From the NCBI GenBank assembly GCA_001600815.1, contig BCKZ01000001.1, positions 1,335,389 to 1,399,388 on the forward strand: 64,000 bases of DNA. Reading direction: 5' to 3'. The notes under the pieces were generated by a model that did no database searches, was not told the origin of the DNA, and saw only the letters and a list, made by a program, of their open reading frames with translations. Made by a program: the position numbers and the translations under genes. Positions 10,958 to 24,289 of the stretch are shown here, one piece after another; the stretch's first letter is position 1; each line of letters opens with the position of its first letter. The DNA comes from Alloascoidea hylecoeti (lineage: Eukaryota).

Positions 10958-11890
10958 TCAGATTCCACCTCTCATATATCTACCAACAACAATGCAGTGG
11001 TCTCTTTCGAAAGGTTCTAGAGTCAACTGCTCAAGTGGTTTTATTCTTTCTTCTCTTAATTTTTGGACTTCTCTCACAAAAACAGTTCCAGCATCAACTG
11101 TAGAGTCAATACAGTTAGCTTTGATGGAAATTACAATTCCACCTTGATCTTTTAAGAACATATGAGCGTTAAGGGCAATTATTCGTGCCTGATCAGGTTG
11201 AGCAACATCAGCAAATACAACATCGACCATGCTAACAATCATTCTGTATTTCTGAGGATGTCTAGCATCTTCAATGATGGGAATGACATTTGGTCGTTTT
11301 CTCGCCATTGATATTAAATCACGGCCCTGTCTGTTGGAAAATTCCACCGCATATACTGAACCTTCAGGACCAACCAGATCGGAAACATGAGAAACAGAAG
11401 TTCCAGAAGCAGCTCCGAGATAGAGAACTTTTTTACCTGGAGAAATGAAAAGCTCATCTAAACCACCCAAAATTCCGGCAGCTAGCTTAGATCTGAAAGG
11501 GTTCCAAACTCTGAATTCAACTTTTTCGATGATCTTCTGGATGTTGGGATCAGTGTTTGGAACACCGATAATAACTCTTTTCTCACCGTAAACAGATTCA
11601 CCAGGTGTCAAGTTTTTAGTGACAAGTAAGTCCTCTTTACCACGGGCAATAAAAACACCAGGATGTCTATGAGGCTCTATGACGACTTTTACTTCACCTT
11701 TTTCTTCACCTTTTTCTTCACCTTTAGCACCACCTTTTCCTTTCTTTTCTACCCCTCTCTCACCATCCCTTGTACCACCTCTGGCACCTCTTCCCCTTCT
11801 ATCATCGCCTCTAAAATTCCCACGGCCCCCTCGTGATCTACCACGGCCACCACGATTACCACGACCACCTCTTACACCCGTAAAAGACAT
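10958..11890 (-). CDS. NOP1: Fibrillarin, rRNA 2'-O-methyltransferase
   Basis: RGG-rich N-terminus, [34 protein letters not shown]. First ATG at 11890; 310 aa. Confidence 0.95.
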   Translation of the reverse strand: MSFTGVRGGRGNRGGRGRSRGGRGNFRGDDRRGRGARGGTRDGERGVEKKGKGGAKGEEKGEEKGEVKVVIEPHRHPGVFIARGKEDLLVTKNLTPGESVYGEKRVIIGVPNTDPNIQKIIEKVEFRVWNPFRSKLAAGILGGLDELFISPGKKVLYLGAASGTSVSHVSDLVGPEGSVYAVEFSNRQGRDLISMARKRPNVIPIIEDARHPQKYRMIVSMVDVVFADVAQPDQARIIALNAHMFLKDQGGIVISIKANCIDSTVDAGTVFVREVQKLREERIKPLEQLTLEPFERDHCIVVGRYMRGGI

Positions 11891-12006
11891 TGTAGATTTA
11901 TAAAATGTTTGATACGTGTTAAATTGTAAAAACAGTATATTCTTGTTGTTCAATAAGTAATTGAGCAGTAGAGTGGCTCGAAAAATAGGGGGAAGTGAGA
12001 CGATAT

Positions 12007-12019
12007 GAGATGAGATGAG
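12007..12019. promoter_or_regulatory. PAC-like element (overlapping GATGAG copies) upstream of NOP1
   Basis: GAGATGAGATGAG about 120 bp upstream of a ribosome-biogenesis gene. Confidence 0.55.
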
Positions 12020-13047
12020 AAGAAAACGCTTTGAATTTCGGTCATAAATTCCCGAGATACCAACATGTTAACACAGTCTATAACGGTATTGACAGATCCA
12101 AACAAACACTCAAAAACTTCACAGGATCATCCTAAACTTTGGAATTTTAATTATAAAATATTATTCAATTTGCAATTTTTAATTAATAATTAGAGGTTAA
12201 ATATCTTAGATTATATTGCTTATAAGTTTCTTAATAAATTCTGTAGCGCTAAAGTTACATGTAAGGCTTATAAGGTAAACAAAATATTCAAACAAAAGCA
12301 TGAACCATTAAATTATTTTCTTAATATTAGGCTCTCTTCTGTATACCTATTAAATAAATAGATCACAGATTAGACCCTATTTAATCTTGCAATTAAATGT
12401 TTTGCAAGCTTAAGTTGAACGATCTGATGATCATGAAAGTTACATTTCTCATCTCAACTCTTATACTTTAGACCAATTGTATAAACTTATAAGACAATTG
12501 AAAGAGCGTTAATCATATATCCTCGAAGTTTAAGAAATTATTTAGACTTGCTATGCATAGTTATAACTATACCGGTATATGCATATGCATACGAATAAAT
12601 AATGACAAGTTATTTTTTGACTAATAGATTTGCTTACATGCATATATATATATGCATTATGTCAAAGTATTCTTATGACCTTTTAGTTCTGATTTAACGA
12701 AAGATGGCATATTAAACATAATAATCTATACACAAAAAGTAGATTTTTCAAATTAGAATTGGTTTCTGGTGGTTCTGTGATGATAAGATGGTTACTCAAC
12801 AGAATAGGAGTACGCTGTCAGGTGATATGACCAACAACCCTTACATGCACCATTTAGTATTTAAATACTATAATCGGCTATAACACCAAAAATGGTTGCG
12901 TTTTTTTGCATACTATAGTATACCGATACATACTCCAAATAAATAAATACCCTTTTTAAATATATCATAAAATAACTTCTAAAATTTCGCTAAATGATAT
13001 TTTAGGTATTTTAAAAGGCATTTGCAAATTGCTATCAGCCAAGCGGG

Positions 13048-13621
13048 TTGACTAAGCAGGGTGTTTCATTTTCCGAAATAGGGAGAAGACTTAATATTGC
13101 ACCTACTGTACGGTTCACAGTAATTATACAGAAGTATGCCAAAAACTCTTTTGGTTTAACACCCCTCGAGAATTAAAAAGTCTACAAAACTTACTGATAG
13201 AGAGGCGAATTAAATACTGAGAGTTGTAAAATCTTACCCTTTGGATACGTTTGGCGTACTGGTTTCAAAGTTCAAACATCAAAATATCAAATCCCCGCCC
13301 TAAGTGGTCTTCTAAAAAAACATGGAAACGAAACAATTTAGGGACGTGAAGGGCCTTTTCTAAATGAGAAAAACCAAAGGAAAAATATAATCTAAGGATA
13401 GATAGATGTATAGGTGTGAACGCTTTTTCCACAGGAGCTGAATCCAATTAAGCACACGTGGAATCTTCTCAGAAAAGTTCGTCACAAGGCTGGAATTGAA
13501 ATTACGAGCCTTACAGATGGTTTAGATGTGGGACTTTATGGATCATTGGTCATCTAATTGACACCATGCCTCGTAGAGAGGCGGTTATTATAGGGTTAAG
13601 GGCGCCAACACTAAATACTAA
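13048..13621 (+). mobile_element. Degenerate Tc1-family transposase relic with internal deletion
   Basis: Colinear broken peptides: LTKQGVSFSEIGRRLNIAP (HTH), KLTDREAN*ILRVVKSYP, PFLNEKNQRK, QELNPIKHTW (cf. PDLNPIEHxW), LIDTMPRREAVI/RVKGANTKY* (cf. SMPRRxxAVIxAKGGxTKY). No TIRs found. Confidence 0.85.
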
Positions 13622-16148
13622 ATACTAAACTTAAAATGTCATTTTCAATACAATCTCTAGGATTTACGGAACATTATATAAGAACAGTTTAGCGTCAGGT
13701 GGATTACACAGTAGCTGGTTATAGCAATGCCATTTTTATTTGAACTGATATTATAGCCACTTTTGGCTTTACCTGGCTGTAGCTTTAAGTTATATTTCGA
13801 TAATTCTTATTCTTTTCTGTTTGGTTACTGGTAGAACCTTAGGTGGATCAGTACCTACCTATACATTGTGGCATCTTACTATAAGTACTGGTGCAATGAC
13901 AAGTTTAAGTCTTGTTAACGGTGTAGCTATGTCTATGGTGCTTCTTTGCAATTGATTTAATCTCTAATATAAAACCTTAGAAAAGCATAGAATCTATAGA
14001 TATAAAGCTTGTGTCAAGGGAAGACACCTACATACGATGTGATCATGAATCATGATAGCTTGTTTGAATTCGAACTGGGATAAACCTGGCTTCACAAATC
14101 CTAGCTATAGCTATAGCTATCTTATCTAGCTATAGGCCATAGAGTCTTATAGATAATTTCATAATAACCACAGCTTTGAATTTTTAATCTATACTTGAGA
14201 AAGAACTCAATTATAAGATTGATAATTATATGAAATTATGAATTGAAGAGTTTAAAATAACCAAAATATTATATAATGCTCAAATATTAATTGTGGCTTG
14301 AATTGTTTGGCATATACGACATTGTGCCAATGAGATCTGACGAGAGAGATTAAATTTTGCAATTGATATACGCAAGATTATTAAAACCTAGAGATGATTT
14401 TTCCAGTTCTGTCCAAACAATTATATGAGAAATTTCATGAAAAATCACTGTAACTGGTTGATATCTTTGGGTAAACACCATATATGGATACCAGAAGACT
14501 GAGAAGAGCCCTTAACTATACAAAATCAATATTAATATTGTTAGAATGAGAGAAAATAAACAAGTACACTGCCATTTTCCTAGATATATCGATAAAAATG
14601 CCAGTTACCTCAATTCGAAATGGGTTACGTTGATCAACATTTTTCCCGGGTAGACGTAATTAATATTAAAGCTTCTTAAGCTGAAGTCATAACTTTAAAT
14701 TTGCTATTTATCTATCTGTCCTTAATTATTAATATTAAAACCAATTACGACTCTTAATCTTAGAAAGAATACTGTGGTATATACTATATATCACAAATTC
14801 ACAATATACGTATTAACCACAAAAATTAAAGTTGATGATATTATACTGATATTAATATTATGTGTATTTCTATATCTGCCATATTATCTGACCATACTAC
14901 TTACTACTTACTGGAACCCAAACTTATAATTGGTTATCAGCTAGCGCTTTTTGTCCCTATAAGGCTTATATCTGATCTGATACTCATCGTACTGAAAAGT
15001 TTTGTGAACGTTAGATCTATATCTAAAAATATAACTATTGTATTTATATTAATATCTATAAAAGTGAAATATATTGATACCAAATATATTGATACCAATT
15101 GTTGTACAGTGTTTCTGGTTAATTACATCTAATTAGTAACTTAATTAGTAATTATTATTACACAGCGCTAGATTTAAGACCTGTTTTAAAGAAAACATTT
15201 TCATAGATCCAAAATTATTACATTTACGATGTAAGCCTAAACCACATATATTATAAATTTATATCATGAGACAGTATCTCTCATAATCAAAAATGGGTTC
15301 TAAGTCCGATCTGAAACGTGTACTATACTTTATAGTCATTAATATCACGACTACCGTAGTCATCATATTTAAACTGGATTAAAATTGCTAGAGATACCAT
15401 ACAGTGATTAATGTCTGACTAAGGGCTAGGCAGCATGGGATTATGAATGTCCAAGCCTAAATATTAATGGTGATAATTAGTTGGATCAATAGTTTAGCCT
15501 TGGTTCCAACAATTTGGAATTTACATGATATTTATATTCCTGTTGAGACCTTTTAAGTTTACCCAATGTTTGGATTTCACTTGCTTGTATTATATAATAA
15601 GTGAGTTATCTGAAACAATAACTATAGTAACAGCAAATTTTCCAAACCTTTCTCAATTGCAACCTTCTGTGATAAGAGAATTCTAATTACGTGTTATGTG
15701 CCCTTAAAATTAGCTAGTAAAGATGGTGTTTCCTTGTAAATTTATGTATACTCAATTGTACCGAACTCAAAAAAAGAACTTAACTGGGAATGAATTGGGG
15801 ATGCGACACATTGTTGAGCATAAATACCACCGGAAGATAGATACCTTCGGTGGTAATGGGTGTCATGAGTCATGACCCACGAAACTCGGTAGTTGTAACA
15901 GACTATAATAGATTATATAATTGGCGATATTTTTGTGCTGGGTTGTAAGGTGGAGGAAGGCCAGATGAAAAATCAAGAATGGCCTCAAAAACAGACTTTG
16001 CATACAACAATAATATTAAAAAATATGACTGGCCAACAGCCCCCTGAATTTCGAGATTTGAAAACAAAAACCAACCAAAAGATGATCATCCTTCTTTTTC
16101 TTTCCTGTCATTTTTAAACCTTCCGTAAAATCTTTCCAACCTTCAAAC

Positions 16149-18533
16149 ATGTCTGATTCTGCTTTACCGCAGAGCCAGAGTCATAGTGTGCTTGACTCAG
16201 ACTCAGAAGAGGATTTTAGGCTTCTTAATGCCACCACAGGTTTGTCTCTACCTGCTCCTTCACAACAAGTTCGCCCAGACCAAGTGTTTTTCAAAAATCA
16301 AGATGCAAGTGACGAGCAACAGATAGAGTTACATCAAGACGACATTAACTATGTGGAAGCTGACCTGGTATCCCCATCCCCTCCTCCAGAAGACATCAAA
16401 CCATTTTATATTTATGCTCTATACGATTTTGTTGCGACAGACCCATCACACGCAACCACTGCTAAAGATGATGAACTTATTTTACTCGACGACTCAGACT
16501 CATACTGGTGGCTTATTCAAAATGTTCGGGATAATTCTATAGGTTTTATTCCAGCTGATGCTACAGAGCTGCCACAAGAAAGGCTAGCAAGGCTTAATAG
16601 GTGGAAAAATGAACAGTCAGAGAGAATCCGAAAACACAGTTTGGACAACTTGTCCGATTATGAGATATGCACAACACCTAAGCTAAACAACATAAAGTCC
16701 GTTGCATTTACAAGCCCCACATATTTTTCAGCTTCCGAAAATGACGATGGAGATGACGATGGAGACCTTTCGGATTGTGAAGCCGATTATGAAGATGAGG
16801 GTATTGATAATGATAACGACTTGGAAAGTTCAGAGGATCTTCAACAAACTATGATTGGTGATTCAAATATTGACAACACAACGACAATCAGAGATGCGGA
16901 GCCAGAGTTAGATCCTGTATCAGAAGCAGAGCTACTTCTCCAAACAGAAAAACCTTTACTAGAAAATTCTCCCGAAAAAGTACCAAACATAGATAATTAT
17001 ACACATTCATCCGATAATGATGTTGAAGAAACTATCGACTCACTAGAATCAGAACTTGATCATCATTTAGATGTGCTTACCTCACAACTGGAGCAATTTA
17101 AGAAATTTGATATACCTCCAAGACCCGAATCACCTCCATTAGAAGGAGATATTTCTCCATCAACTGAATCAACGACTGATACTCTCACAAAATCACCCTC
17201 TCCATCGCCTGTCGAAAGATCAGGCACACCCGTATCCGATTTACAGGAAGACTCTGATGCTGTAAACTCCTCTAACTCCACCACTAATTCTAATTTCTCT
17301 CTACATTGCCCTTCTCTTGAATTTCAATACAAAGATGATGAGGATGATCTTCTTGGTACTCCTCCAACAGATATTGACTCCAAACAATTTTCCTCAGCGG
17401 AGCATGTACCTATGGATGAGTCCACCCCTACAGGCAGTCCTTACATAGAGGCTAGTAGTTCTGAATTGCTAACTGTGTCGTCTCCTCGTCTAGATGATGT
17501 TGGTACTATGGATAGCGCCAAAGTTTTAGAAAATTCTAATGAGGGGTCTAACGCTGTCGCAAAAAGATCTTCATTTGTGGATTATGATGGTCATTACCAA
17601 CAAAAACTTAAAGAATCAATAAAGAATACAACACCAATTGTCTCGTCAGGCCTAGCTGAACGTAGTCCATTGTTAAACCAAAACAGCCCAAGGAAAACAG
17701 TTCCACAACCATTAGAACTACGTCCGCGATATAGGAATACTTCTCCCAAGGAAATGCTCTCAGATAGTTCTGATAATTTGCTGAAATCATTGTTTCGCCC
17801 TAGAGGGAAAATTCAACCAATAACGCGAGAACTTTTGGGCCCTAAACGACCCACATCTCCCCTTTACCCGAAACATAGTTTCAAACCAGATGACAACTCT
17901 TCATTTCAGCCTTCTTCGCCAACTCATCCACATATTTCATTCCGCTCAGATCATTCTATTTTAACTTCCCCACGTATTCCCAATAGCACACCAAGAACAT
18001 CGTCAGCAAGGATTACACCGAGACCTGATACACCAGTGGAGTTGCAGGATGCTCCAATTGAAATTCAAGTTCACGGCATTCCCACAATTGTAGGCCCAAT
18101 TGCAAAAAAGAAGAGATCTAGATCATTCACAGATATTGGCGAACAGTTGACATTTACTCAAACTACTCGGCGACAACCAGAACGGGCACATTCACTTCCA
18201 GATAGCTGTATAACAAGACAATCAATTTCTTATTCTGAGTTATTCCCTCAAAATATCAAAGAAAATGATTCAAAGGCTCTTAGCCATAATTACTCATTTG
18301 TGGGGTTGAAACATAGTTCGAGTTCCATTACATCATCCCCAAGACTTCTTCAGAATGAATCAGCTGAAAGTTCCACTACACAGCATGATTTATTTCAACA
18401 ACATCCTTTAAAAGCTGTGTTGTTACATCCGTCAATTGAGAACATTTATCATGAACTGTTTTCGTCGTTTGACTCTTTGGATGAGCAAATTAATTCTTTA
18501 CTGGATCTTGGTCAAAAAACCGTTAGTACGTGA
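16149..18533 (+). CDS. BUD14: SH3-domain polarity protein, Bud14/Tea4-like
   Basis: SH3 (YALYDF...LLDDSDSYWWL...GFIPA) followed by ERLARLN and a KSVAF RVxF-type PP1 docking motif; long low-complexity remainder. Confidence 0.75.
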   Translation: MSDSALPQSQSHSVLDSDSEEDFRLLNATTGLSLPAPSQQVRPDQVFFKNQDASDEQQIELHQDDINYVEADLVSPSPPPEDIKPFYIYALYDFVATDPSHATTAKDDELILLDDSDSYWWLIQNVRDNSIGFIPADATELPQERLARLNRWKNEQSERIRKHSLDNLSDYEICTTPKLNNIKSVAFTSPTYFSASENDDGDDDGDLSDCEADYEDEGIDNDNDLESSEDLQQTMIGDSNIDNTTTIRDAEPELDPVSEAELLLQTEKPLLENSPEKVPNIDNYTHSSDNDVEETIDSLESELDHHLDVLTSQLEQFKKFDIPPRPESPPLEGDISPSTESTTDTLTKSPSPSPVERSGTPVSDLQEDSDAVNSSNSTTNSNFSLHCPSLEFQYKDDEDDLLGTPPTDIDSKQFSSAEHVPMDESTPTGSPYIEASSSELLTVSSPRLDDVGTMDSAKVLENSNEGSNAVAKRSSFVDYDGHYQQKLKESIKNTTPIVSSGLAERSPLLNQNSPRKTVPQPLELRPRYRNTSPKEMLSDSSDNLLKSLFRPRGKIQPITRELLGPKRPTSPLYPKHSFKPDDNSSFQPSSPTHPHISFRSDHSILTSPRIPNSTPRTSSARITPRPDTPVELQDAPIEIQVHGIPTIVGPIAKKKRSRSFTDIGEQLTFTQTTRRQPERAHSLPDSCITRQSISYSELFPQNIKENDSKALSHNYSFVGLKHSSSSITSSPRLLQNESAESSTTQHDLFQQHPLKAVLLHPSIENIYHELFSSFDSLDEQINSLLDLGQKTVST

Positions 18534-19261
18534 TACATTTCATGATTATTATTCATTAGTCTTGATATTGGATTCTTTGGGTAACTCCACAGTTTTACCT
18601 ATTAATACTCCGTATAATATTCATTATTACCACTTGATATATTTATTTTTGCATTTTTTGAATACATTTGAATTCTAAAGAATATACAAAACAAAACACT
18701 CAGTTGGCTCCAAAGAAGTAGCCACCAAAAAATACTTTTCGTTCTTGTTTATTGCTTTCAATTGTATATACTTTGATTTCATTCAGTACAGTTTCTCATG
18801 TTACTCTTCTAGTATGCATACGGTTGTTGTTATTCATCTGAAATATTATTTTTCTTTTTTAAATTCATTATAGTATTAGTTATATTTTTTCACTGTTATT
18901 TCCATAGTAATGCATTTTTTATTTTTATTTCTGGCTTGATTTTGTTTGCGCTTTGATGTTTTGTAGAAGTCACATGACGTAGAAACGTGAGTGCACTCAA
19001 ATGAAAAAAAAAATTGTTTACTGTGTATATATTTTTCACTTTCTCCTTTTTTAATCCCATTTGCGATTGTCTACAAACGAATCGGCATTATTCAGTTGTA
19101 TATGACGATTAAAGTTCTATAAATTGTGTATTCTAAAAGGGTATTTAAACTATACAACACCAAAGAGTTTTAAATTTCTTTAGTGACAAGCGATACAGAT
19201 CTATATTTACATTTCGAATTTATCCCCAACTTTCTTTCTTTGATTGGAACCTACATTGATC

Positions 19262-22197
19262 ATGTCTCCAATTTGGAATCCTCAACCCGAGTACCTTCAG
19301 CAGTTGAAGACCGTGCTCTCTAGCTCATTGTCTTCTAATCCTGTGGATCACCGCCAAGCTCTTGAAGTATGTGTCAATTTTGCATTTTTCATTCCTCATT
19401 TTTCATTCTTCATTTTCATTTTTCATTTTTCGTTATTTTTGATTTGTTGTTTTGGATTAAATATTAATGAAATTACTAGGCTCTAGATCAAGCGAAAACA
19501 CAACCGGAATTTGATAACTATCTTTTATACTGTTTGGTGTTTGATCAAGACTCGGACCTTCAGCTGCGTGCTGCTGCTGGCCTTTTACTTAAGAACAGTG
19601 TCCATTCCTTGTCGTTTGAATCTTCTCCGGATCTCGTTCAAAATTATCTAAAAGGCGAGATTTTAAACGGTTTAGTGGACCCAATTAACTTGATCAGAAA
19701 TATTACTGGTACCGTTATTACCACACTGTTCACTCGATATGGTGTTGAAGGTTGGCCTGAGGTTTTGGTTCAATTAATGAATTTAATAGAAAACTCAAAC
19801 TCCCAACACACAAGTGAAGGCGCATTATCTTCTATTGAAAAGATATGTGAAGATAGCGCTTACAAATTAGACCAAGAGTATAATGGCGAAAGACCGTTAG
19901 AATACATGATCCCCAAGTTCTTAAGTTTTACAACATCCGAAAATTCAAAGGTACGTGCTTTGAGTTTGTCATGTTTAAATCAGTTTATTCCACTGAAAAG
20001 TCAATGTTTGTTTGTTCATTTGGATTCTTTCTTAAGCCAATTATTTTCTCTAGCAAGTGATAGTGATGAGGAGGTCAGAACTAGTGTTTGCACTGCTTTT
20101 GCCCAATTGTTGGATGTTAGACCCGACAAGATTCTTCCACATTTGGATGGTGTCATAAGCTATGCTTTACATACTGTTAATGATAAGAGTGAAGAGTTAG
20201 GACTAGAAGCTTGCAAAATTCTACTTGGTCTTGGTGAATCTAAAATTCCTAAGGAAACAATTCAACCCCATTTGGCTAAAATCATACCTATTTTACTTGA
20301 TAATATGAGGTACTCAGAAATTGAAATCATCACAATGAAAGATGCAGAAGAGGATGATGCAGATCAGGAAGATAATATTGAAGATATTCGTCCTACAAAT
20401 GCCAAAGCTAAAGATGCCCATTCCTCCAGACAAAATGGTCAGTTTGATAATAGTGGCTCAAGAGAAAATGCTAAAGACGAGGATGATGACGATAGCGATG
20501 ATGATGAAGATGATGATGATTATGATGATGATCTGGTACAATGGAATTTAAGAAAATGCTCTGCTGCTTCATTGGATGTGTTCGCTTCACTACTACCGAC
20601 CTCAGTTTTAAACATCTCTTTAACACACTTGAAAGACAAGTTTTCTGATTCGGAATGGCCCGTTAGAGAAGCTGCAATTCTAGCATTTGGTGCCATTGCT
20701 GAGGGATGCATTGATTTGGCCACTCCTCAGTTACCTTCTTTAATTCCTTATCTCGTCAACTCTCTTGATGACAATGAGGCCGCTGTTAGGCAGATTGCTT
20801 GCTGGACTATATCAAGATATGCACAATGGATATGCAACCAAGTTTTTTATAATGGTGATCATTCTAATTATTTCTTACCAGTATTGCAAGCTTTAATGAA
20901 GTGTGGATTGGATAAAAATAAGAAGGTTCAAGAATCTGCCTGTAGTAGTTTAGCAGGTTTAATTGAAATTTCTGGAGAATTACTTGTTCCATATATCAAC
21001 CCTCTGCTACAGCACTTTGTTATTTGCTTTGGCAAATACAAGACAAAGAATCTTATTATATTGTATGATGCAGTTCAAACTTTTGTCGAGAAAATGGGAA
21101 AACGATTAACCGAGAAAGAAGAATATGTTAGCTTATTGTTACCACCTTTAATTGCGAAATGGGGACAACTTCGAGACAGTGATAGAGACTTGTGGCCATT
21201 GCTTGAATGTTTATCTTCAGTTGCAGCTGCTTTGGGTGAGGCCTTCGCACCATATGCCGTCCCAGTTTATCAACGTGCTCTCACCATTTTAGCTACTTGC
21301 ATCAGTCAAGATCAACAATGTGAAACTGACCCTAATATTGAACCTCCAGAAAAGGATTTCATTATCACAACAGTTGATCTGATTGATGGTTTAGTGCAAG
21401 GATTGGGTTCCCTAAGTGGAGAATTGATTCGCTCTGTCGAGGCAGATTTAGGTATTCCTATTCCGATTACTATTGCAGACAAATCATCTGGATCAACATT
21501 AATGGAGCTACTTTTATTTTGTTTTCAAGATACTGTGGAGGAGGTAAGACAATCTGCGTATGCATTACTAGGTGATTTGACCATATTTGTTTTTCAACCT
21601 ATTCTTGCCCCCTATACAGAACAGATATTATATGCAATTACAAATGAACCAGATATGGTAAGCTCAAATCCTAGCCCAGTTTGCAATAATACGATTTGGG
21701 CCCTTGGCGAACTGAGCTTACAGTTAGGATCTTCAATCGAACCATACTTGAGTTCTATCATTCCTGTTGTTATACCTATTCTTAAATCTGGTGGGCAAGA
21801 AACTGTGCTAGAAAATGCAGCTATTACAATCGGACGAATTGGTATTTCATGTCCTGAAGCACTAGCCCCACATTTAGGGGAATTTGTTGAGAATTGGTGT
21901 ATTCGAATGCGATCAATAGAAGAGAACAATGAAAAGGATACTGCTTTCAAAGGAATGTGTAATATGATAATGGTCAATCCTCAAGCAATGACTGCAAACA
22001 ATACTAAATTCAGTATATTGGCACTGTTTGTAGATTGTATTGGAAGATATGAACAACCAAGCCCTGAGTTAAAAGGAATGTTTGGTAAAGTTCTTTTTGG
22101 GTTTAAGGAATTCACTGGATCACATTGGGGAAATAATGTTCTTCAAGTTTTAGATCCAATGGTTTCTAATGAATTACATACTCAGTACGGAATATAA
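19262..22197 (+). CDS. KAP104: Transportin / karyopherin beta-2; exons 19262-19366 and 19480-22197
   Basis: HEAT-repeat protein with acidic loop then WNLRKCSAASLD, EKDFI, ENAAITIGR; 113-nt GTATGT...TAG intron; 940 aa. Confidence 0.93.
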
Positions 22198-22426
22198 ACA
22201 AAACAGAAAGCTAATATATATTATATTAGATTAGATGATCGTCAGAAAGGAATAGGGAAATCTTTTGTGTTTTTCACATGTCATATTGGTTATATATTGG
22301 TTATATAGTATTATATAGATTTAAGTAGTTATTCATTGGTTTGTGATTTTGAGAATAATAATAATAATAATAATAATAATATAATAAGACGTAGACCTCA
22401 TTTATACAAACTTATTCAATTTAACC

Positions 22427-24046
22427 TTATTCGAATCTTTTTTCAAGGATTAGTTTTCCAAAAGGGATTTGTGAATGTCCTTTTCCTAAAACATATGAAG
22501 TATGTCCCCCAACTATACACTCAACAACCCTCCCCGTTAACTGTCTTAAATGGTATGGAGTCAATTTATTCTTAAAGAAACTTTCTTCGTTTCTTACCGT
22601 CCATTTCATATTTTGGTCAAATATTGCAAAATCAGCACACTTTCCAACTTTAATTGATCCTTTGCAATATAATAATCCAGCTTGTTTGGCAGTATTATAA
22701 GATAACCACGTTGAAATTTCAGCAATTGTCATATGACTTCTTCGTTGAGATGATTCATTTTTCTCCAATACTTTTGTCCACATGATCGATAAGCCATATC
22801 CTACACTAGTTATTCCTCCCCATGCATCAAAAAACGACATTGTATCAAATCTTTTCAAATCAATTGTGCAAGGAGAATGATCTGAAACAACAGAAGTTAT
22901 AGTCTTAAATTTCAATGCTAACCATAAATTGAATTGATTGTATTCACCGCGGATTGGAGGTGTACATTTATAATGTGTACAACCATCTGGAATATTTTCT
23001 GATTCTATTGAAAGATAATGAAAACAAGTTTCAACAGTAATCGGTAAGTTCAGAGTCTGTGCCTTAATTAAATGATATAAACATTGTTGACTAGAAAGAT
23101 GAACAATATGCAAAGGAATAGTAGGGTTTCTTTTAGATAATTCAATGATTTGATCAACTGCTCTTGTTTCGAAAGCATCAGGTCTGGATTCTAGATATGT
23201 CTTGTACTGTTTTGGATCTTTGTGCTCATCTGGTGGATTATTCCCTGGGGTTTCTTTAGGATTAGGTATTAATGGACCAATATCGATTATTGGGGCCATT
23301 TCAGAATGGAACATTAATAATGTTTTTTCGTTCTTGATTTTGGGAATTACCTTCTTTTCATAGTCTTTTATTCGGATGCTTGGAAATTCATTGACCTAAA
23401 AAACTCGGTCGGAAGGTTAGATCTTTAAAATATCATGATAAACACAAAAGAAATATGAGATAAGAAAGTTAAACATACTCCAGATTCACTCAAAAAGCTT
23501 TTAAATCCTCTAACACCAGCATTAATAAGAGGGATTATATCATCCTTTTATAACTATAGGTTAGTAAGCTCATTTAACTAACAATTAATATAAGTATTGA
23601 AAGATGTATACCTCATTACCTGGTACAATCCCACCCCAAAATCCAACATCAGTCCAGCATTTTCCTCTTGAGGCTTCTATTTTTTTGTATAAAGCATTTA
23701 ATGTAGTTGTTGGAGGTATTGAATTCAAAGGCATTTCTATAACAGTAGTAATACCACCAGAAGCAGCTGATTTCGTGCCAGTTTCAAATCCTTCCCATTC
23801 AGATCTTCCAGGTTCATTTAGATGAACATGGGTATCTATGACCCCAGGTAATATATATAAATCTCCAAAATTTCTGTAATTAGACTCATATATGCCATAG
23901 TGTGAAAATATCGGATCGTTTGATTCTAGGATAGAGTTGTGGACATAAAGAATGGAGCCTGATATAGTGGAAAAAATAATAGTGGCTGGGTGAAGCTCAG
24001 ATTCCCCATCTAGTAAAACATTTGTAGAAGAAATTGCTCTTGACAT
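22427..24046 (-). CDS. DAL1: Allantoinase; exons 24046-23612, 23544-23479, 23395-22427
   Basis: DTHVHLNEPGR, GGITTVIEMPLNSIPP, AGVRGFK, ETCFHYL, VVSDHSPC; two introns link the two tracked ORFs into 489 aa. Confidence 0.93.
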
Positions 24047-24289
24047 TTATTAGTTATAATGATGTTAATTATAAAGGTGTCTATACCAAGTAGTTGAAAG
24101 GAAATTCTCGGAACTTTAATATTTTAGCTAAGGAACTACTCGTGATGAATGTTTATGAATTTTACACATATTTAATACATTTGCAACAAAGAAAACTATA
24201 GCTTACTATTACAATACTAATATCAATATAAACCTAGCTCATATAAATTATACTCAATTATTAATACACACCCACATATATTATAGGAC

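Noticed and set aside
13700..14660. Short open frames downstream of the Tc1 relic
   Set aside because: Could be decayed genes or elements, but nothing identifiable.
22353..22386. (AAT)n microsatellite producing a poly-Asn ORF
   Set aside because: Ordinary simple repeat between convergent 3' ends; the ORF is spurious.
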